A stretch of DNA of 39,045 bases from Squatina squatina. Taxonomy: Eukaryota. Location of the stretch: NCBI GenBank assembly GCA_031763465.1, contig JARFOE010000121.1:1196633-1235677 (forward strand), given 5' to 3'. A model generated the notes under the pieces. That model had not been told where the DNA came from. It searched no databases and saw nothing but the letters and a program-made list of their open reading frames with translations. The position numbers were made by a program, and so were the translations under genes. Shown here piece by piece: positions 34,250-39,045 of this stretch (positions within the stretch are counted from its first letter, which is position 1; every line of letters begins with the position of its first letter).

Positions 34250-34762
34250 CAAGATAGACAGGAAAAATAAATAGATTGAGATAGTTGGAGACAGGAACAT
34301 AGAAATAGAGAGAGCAATAGATAAAACTAGATACACAGTTAAAGACAGAAATGTGAGGACATAAAGAGTGGAACAGAGATAGAGAGAGAGAGAAAGACAC
34401 ATCGAAAGAGAAATAGATGAATTGAATGGAGCGTAGAAAGAAAACAGATAGAGAGACAAAGATAGAGATAAAAAGATAGATCGAAGAAAAATAGAGATAA
34501 ATATTGAAAGAGAGACATAAGTAGATAGAGTAAGAGGTAGAGAAAAATGTAGTGGTAGATAGAGATACAGAAAGAGAGCTAACAAAATAGAGGTAGTTAA
34601 AGAGATATTTAGATAGATAGATTTATAACTTGATAGATAAAATAGGGAGAGGAAAATAGCCAAAGGAGATATAGGTTAATTTAGAAAAAGAGATAAAGGC
34701 TGAGAAATAAATAGTTAAAGATAGATGGAGAGATTAAGAGAGACAATGGGTGGAGAGAGATA
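34250..34762 (+). repeat. Degenerate purine-rich (AGAT/AGAG) low-complexity tract
   Basis: About 500 bp dominated by A/G, with recurrent ATAGA, GATAG and AGAG words. Confidence 0.9.
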
Positions 34763-35367
34763 GTTGTTGAATTATGGCTGACACACAGAAAAGAATAAGA
34801 TTGAACTTTATTCATTTACTTTCAGTGTTTAGATGATATTGTAAACCGTAGCAGCAAAGCTCAGGTAATAAGGATGTCATACTAAACAAGTTACAGCTTT
34901 CACACATTCAACATATATATGTGAGTGTGTATGGGTGTGTAAATGTCACTGGATTCTAGTGACTGTTCAAACCAGAGCTATGTGTACACTGACTGCAGGC
35001 TGAGAGAGGCTAATGTGATGTTATCATTGCAGACTGCAATCACATGATTCCCAGGTGACATTAATCATATTCAGCAGTGCTATTAGAGAAGCTGGTGTAC
35101 ATTGTCAGATAGAAATGAATGTTCAGCTGGCAAAATAACAAAATAAATTGTACTTTAGCTGTTTGGGGATGAAGTCTCAGATAATCTCATGTGTAAAGAA
35201 GCAACTGCATTAAGATCTTACTTGAATTCACATTTTTATTATAGTGAATGAGAGATTTGAGCTAACTGGAATGCTCTGAATCCTATGGTTCAAAACAGCT
35301 GCCATCTTACTAAATTTGATGGCATTTTCACATTTATATGTCTTTACCAAACAGAAAATTTGCTTCT

Positions 35368-35760
35368 CCCAATTTTCTCCCCATCTCCGCTGATTCATCC
35401 TGGGGTATGATTCTGACAGACCTCCAGTACTCTCCCAAGTATCATTCCTCATTCCTCATTTGTGAGCCTAAATAATGAGCAAAACAGGAGATTTGATTGT
35501 GGGAGCACTGCAGGAGAGCCCGATTCTGTTCCACCCAGTGATCACAGACATGCACTGTCCAGCATGATAGTGAACAGGAGTGGGAATCCTGGCCAATATC
35601 CTCCCTCCCTACCCCAGGGGCACGGAAACCATTTGCAACACTCCTACTGCTGAGATCAGCCAACTCATTACAAAGCAGGGATCAACATTGGAAACCTTTG
35701 GTCTGTCGGGTGATTCATGCACTGGGCAGTGCTTTTGCCCATTAAGCAACTGGTGAAGCC
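35368..35760 (-). mobile_element. Near full-length AmnSINE2-like SINE
   Basis: Reverse complement is collinear with 9165-9458 and 33390-33625 (GAGTTGGCTGATCTCAGCAGTAGG...GGGGTAGGGAGGGAGG...TAGGCTCACAAATGAGGAATG...GGGGAGAAAATTGG). Confidence 0.65.
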
Positions 35761-36914
35761 TGCAAAAAAACATCTATGTGAGAGGAGCACCTGACACCCA
35801 GCGATGTTACTTTATTAAGAATAGTGCATGAATCTAACCACACATGTTTTGTACCTGGCACAAGGTGTGCGAAAATATATTACAATATGACTATTTCTTT
35901 GAGTGTGGGAAAATGCTTGTCAGGTACCGTAGGATGCAAAGTGCCCCAGTTGAAAAGTCAATGGAAAGGAAAATCAGGCAGGATGTACAACGGGCGGAGT
36001 TGAATTTTACTTCCATGATCTCATTTCACTGACGTAAACTGGACAATAATGATTTTGAAATTGTATATTTAATACAGCTTGCTTCATGTTAAACAGGCCA
36101 TTATATTTAATAAATGGTTTCAATATTCATTGTTTAATTGGTTATATTAATTTTGGGATGACATTATATTGGCATGTGCTATTTTACAGAGAGGTACACA
36201 TCAACTTGACTTTGGTGCTGCAAATTGTATTCTCAGGGAATTCACTTTGTGTTCACTATCCATGGACAATGCCACAGGAGATTGATTAGTGCGCGTGTGT
36301 GGGTGTGCATGCGTGTGTGTGTTACACCCAATGCACACTTGGTGCACAAGTCTCCTATGAAATTGTGGCCCTTTATGTGCAATGATGCTCCAAGCTTTGG
36401 AGGAAGGTGACTGTGTGACCAGTATAAGCTGATCGATGGAACTGAGCCAATGCTATTTAAAGCAGCGACATTGTGCTGGGCAGGTTAGTATAACAAGGGC
36501 ATACATCTGTGAAGCGCTTTTATCTGACTTAGCTGAACATGCATTTTTAAAGACGTCACAAAGTGAGCTCATATTAGTGCTGTTGAACAACACTGGGCAG
36601 TATCGTACGACATAGCAATTACACGCAACAGCACGTTCGAGCACGACAGGACAGCAGGCTGCTTTTACTGGTTTGGCACCATGTAGTTTGCTTGGAGCCA
36701 GCTTTTCAACTGCTTGCAGGAGCGTTTCTGCACAAAAGTAAAACTCCAACCTATTTACATTTTTAAGCAAATGTTTGTTTCCAAGGCCACTATGAATTGG
36801 GATAAATTCACCGACTTGCACTCTGAGTGGCGAGTCACACTTGGAGGGAGAACTGGCACAGTAGTGCTGAGAGTGCAGTGTCGGTGAATTGCTCTATTGT
36901 ATGCTCTTGTACAT

Positions 36915-37151
36915 GTCAGCTGTGGCTCAGTGGGTCGCACACTCGCCTCTGAGTCAGAAGGTTGTGGGTTCGAGATCGACTCCAGGGACTTGAGCACGTA
37001 AATCTAGGCAGCCACTCTAGTGCAGTACTGAGGGAGTGCTGCACTGTCGGAGGTGCCGCCTTTTGGATGAGACGTCAAACCGAGGCCCCGTCTGCTCTAT
37101 CCCATGGACATAAAAAAATCTCATGACACTATTTTGAAGAGCAGGGGAGTC
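36915..37151 (+). mobile_element. Relatively young Deu-type tRNA-SINE (SacSINE1-like), 3'-truncated
   Basis: Pol III A box TGGCTCAGTGG (36923-36933) and B box GGTTCGAGATC (36967-36977). CpGs retained. Matches 4056-4253 and 13713-14135. Confidence 0.85.
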
Positions 37152-37279
37152 TGCAGGAATATTCATCAGGTGGCAGGAACGCGATGTGTGTGAGATGCCT
37201 GAAATCTTTATACAGCACTGCAGGTGGACGCCCATTTGTGGGAGACAATGGGTAGATGTAGCCAGGACTGTTAATTCAG

Positions 37280-37370
37280 TGATGAAAGGTCATCGTTTAA
37301 CTCTGTTTCTTTCTCACTGCAGATGCTGCCTGACCTGCTGGGTGTTTTCCAGCATTTGTTGTTTTTATTA
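37280..37370 (+). mobile_element. Penelope-like terminal-repeat fragment
   Basis: GAAAGGTCATCG...TTAACTCTGTTTCT...CAGATGCTGCCTGACCTGCTGGGTGTTTTCCAGCATTTG is an inverse copy of 2746-2835. Confidence 0.7.
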
Positions 37371-39045
37371 ATCCAGTGGTTCGGTTGGCAGCTGAGAGAT
37401 ACCTGAACGAGTTACTGGCGGAGGAACAGTGTCTACNNNNNNNNNNNNNNNNNNNNNNNNNNNNNNNNNNNNNNNNNNNNNNNNNNNNNNNNNNNNNNNN
37501 NNNNNNNNNNNNNNNNNNNNNNNNNNNNNNNNNNNNTAAACATGTCTCTCTGGTGTGAGACATGTCAGTGTAAAATCTTTATTCACTTCCTAAATACACT
37601 GTTATTGCTTCAGTACAGATTCATAAACTAGTAGATAATATTGATCAGCTGTCACTACAACACAGGCTGAAAACTTTAAATGTAAATATCAGAATCACAG
37701 AGATCGTAAACTATTTACAAACTTGACATAAAAACAATTGTGTGGCCAAAATAGGAAAATAACGGCAAAGGTTTTTGGGCCCAAGGTAAATGTTGTTTGT
37801 CAACAGAGGGCTACCTGCCAATCAAAGTAATGTCATCCAGTAAAGCAGCTCCTTCTATAACGAGCTCACAGTGGAGTCGGCACGATAGCTCTTTGTTGAT
37901 CCTTACGATAAACCCAGTGATTATCTGCACATTAAATATCATCAAAACAGCTGCATTAGATTGAAAGGTTCTGTATACATGCCATGGATGTAAATAGCAT
38001 GTACTTTAAGAAATGTTTTAACTCTGGAGTGCACGGCGGCTCAACAGAACTGTTTACTTTTAAGATGGCCACTTAAATGGAATCAGTAATACACCTTTTA
38101 AATTTGTACTGATTTGTTTATTTACATATTTAAGGCAAGGCAAATTCTTTAAAAAGGTAAAAGACTAACCTTTGATCCTTCGCCTGCAGCAGTGAGCCAC
38201 TCACAAGAGGTGTTTTGTCCATTTGAAGACATGGGTGTTCTCAACATCAGTTCAGAATCTGGTAAAAATCCTTCCATATCACAAGATTTGTTTTTTTTTT
38301 AAATGGTTATAGATTTGGGGCAGTTGGAAGGCAGTCCCTAACTTATAAGGTTATGCAAAAGTCCACTTCCTCTAAGGATTTTCAAAAGATAAAGGATGAG
38401 TCTTAGCAAGTATCAAATCCAGAATGATTTGTGATCATTTAAAATGTGCTTCCAGTTCAAAAAGGTATTGGTCAGTTTTTTGTTGTGTTATTTCATGTCT
38501 CTCCGGTGTCAACTGTTATTATTTCACAGTTCATGTGTTAAGCTTCTGGTACTTAATCCCAATCTTCATTTGTTCTCTGAGAAATCAGTTTCGCAGATTT
38601 ACTGTCCAGGATAAATATGCACAGACTTTAAAATCAATATCTTACAGCAGTAATATAAAACAGTGCATTCACTTAGATCTTTACACAAATGTGATCAAGG
38701 GAGATCCTCAAGTAAATTCCTTTGGACCCTTGTGTACAGTAACTTGTTTGCAACACATTAAGTGGGTTTACATTTCTACAATATACTTCGATAACTTAAA
38801 CAGCAAAGATTGAGTCTAGTACTTTTCCAAATGTGGAAATTCAGTACAAAATGTTGGAGTTGCTGATTTCAGTCTCCAGTCGTATGAAGTAAATAAGAAA
38901 AGCTCCAATTATCTAAATATACTGTTCAGTAATTCATGGATGATCAGTTCGTGCTTTGTTTCATGAAGGCATAGAAAAAATATATTGTGAACAGAGATGT
39001 GCTAAATTGTACAAATATTTACACTATTTTTGTCTTCATTACGAA

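Noticed and set aside
34223-34663. 146-aa Leu/Ser/Phe-rich 'membrane protein'
   Set aside because: It is the translation of a low-complexity pyrimidine strand.
36444-36461. CCAAT next to TATTTAAA as a core promoter
   Set aside because: Spacing of only a few bp is wrong for a CCAAT/TATA promoter, and no downstream exon was recognised.
36915-36990. tRNA-like sequences here and at 6433-6520
   Set aside because: These are SINE heads: they have A/B boxes but continue into multi-copy SINE bodies without a clean cloverleaf.
1-39045. CRISPR arrays, operons or prokaryotic/viral defence systems
   Set aside because: The sequence is spliced vertebrate genomic DNA with no regular repeat-spacer arrays or gene-dense ORFs. 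The regular 100-N blocks are assembly gaps.

Overview
Vertebrate, not microbial, DNA. It is most likely a shark or other cartilaginous fish, judging by the repeat families. The scaffold is heavily fragmented, with about 21 uniform 100-N joins and sized gaps at 10522-10969, 12081-12137, 14155-15105 and 25854-25863. Three non-consecutive coding exons of an anoctamin, best read as ANO2/TMEM16B, lie on the + strand at 350-2300. The first coding exon of neurotrophin-3 (NTF3; MVSSVT then a GTAAGG donor) lies on the - strand at 16801-16818, with its 5'UTR/promoter. This matches the tail-to-tail ANO2-NTF3 arrangement known in mammals. The main NTF3 coding exon and most ANO2 exons are not visible. The rest is non-coding and rich in repeats: Deu-type tRNA-SINEs with L2-like tails, AmnSINE2-like ancient SINEs, a second tRNA-SINE family, CR1 and Penelope-like fragments, PIF/Harbinger-type MITEs and a decayed Harbinger Myb/SANT gene. 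I found no novel multi-gene system. The best leads are an apparently conserved overlapping uORF in NTF3 exon 1, an inverted repeat carrying an NBRE near that exon, and the transposon relics. Family assignments are from remembered consensus sequences, not searches.
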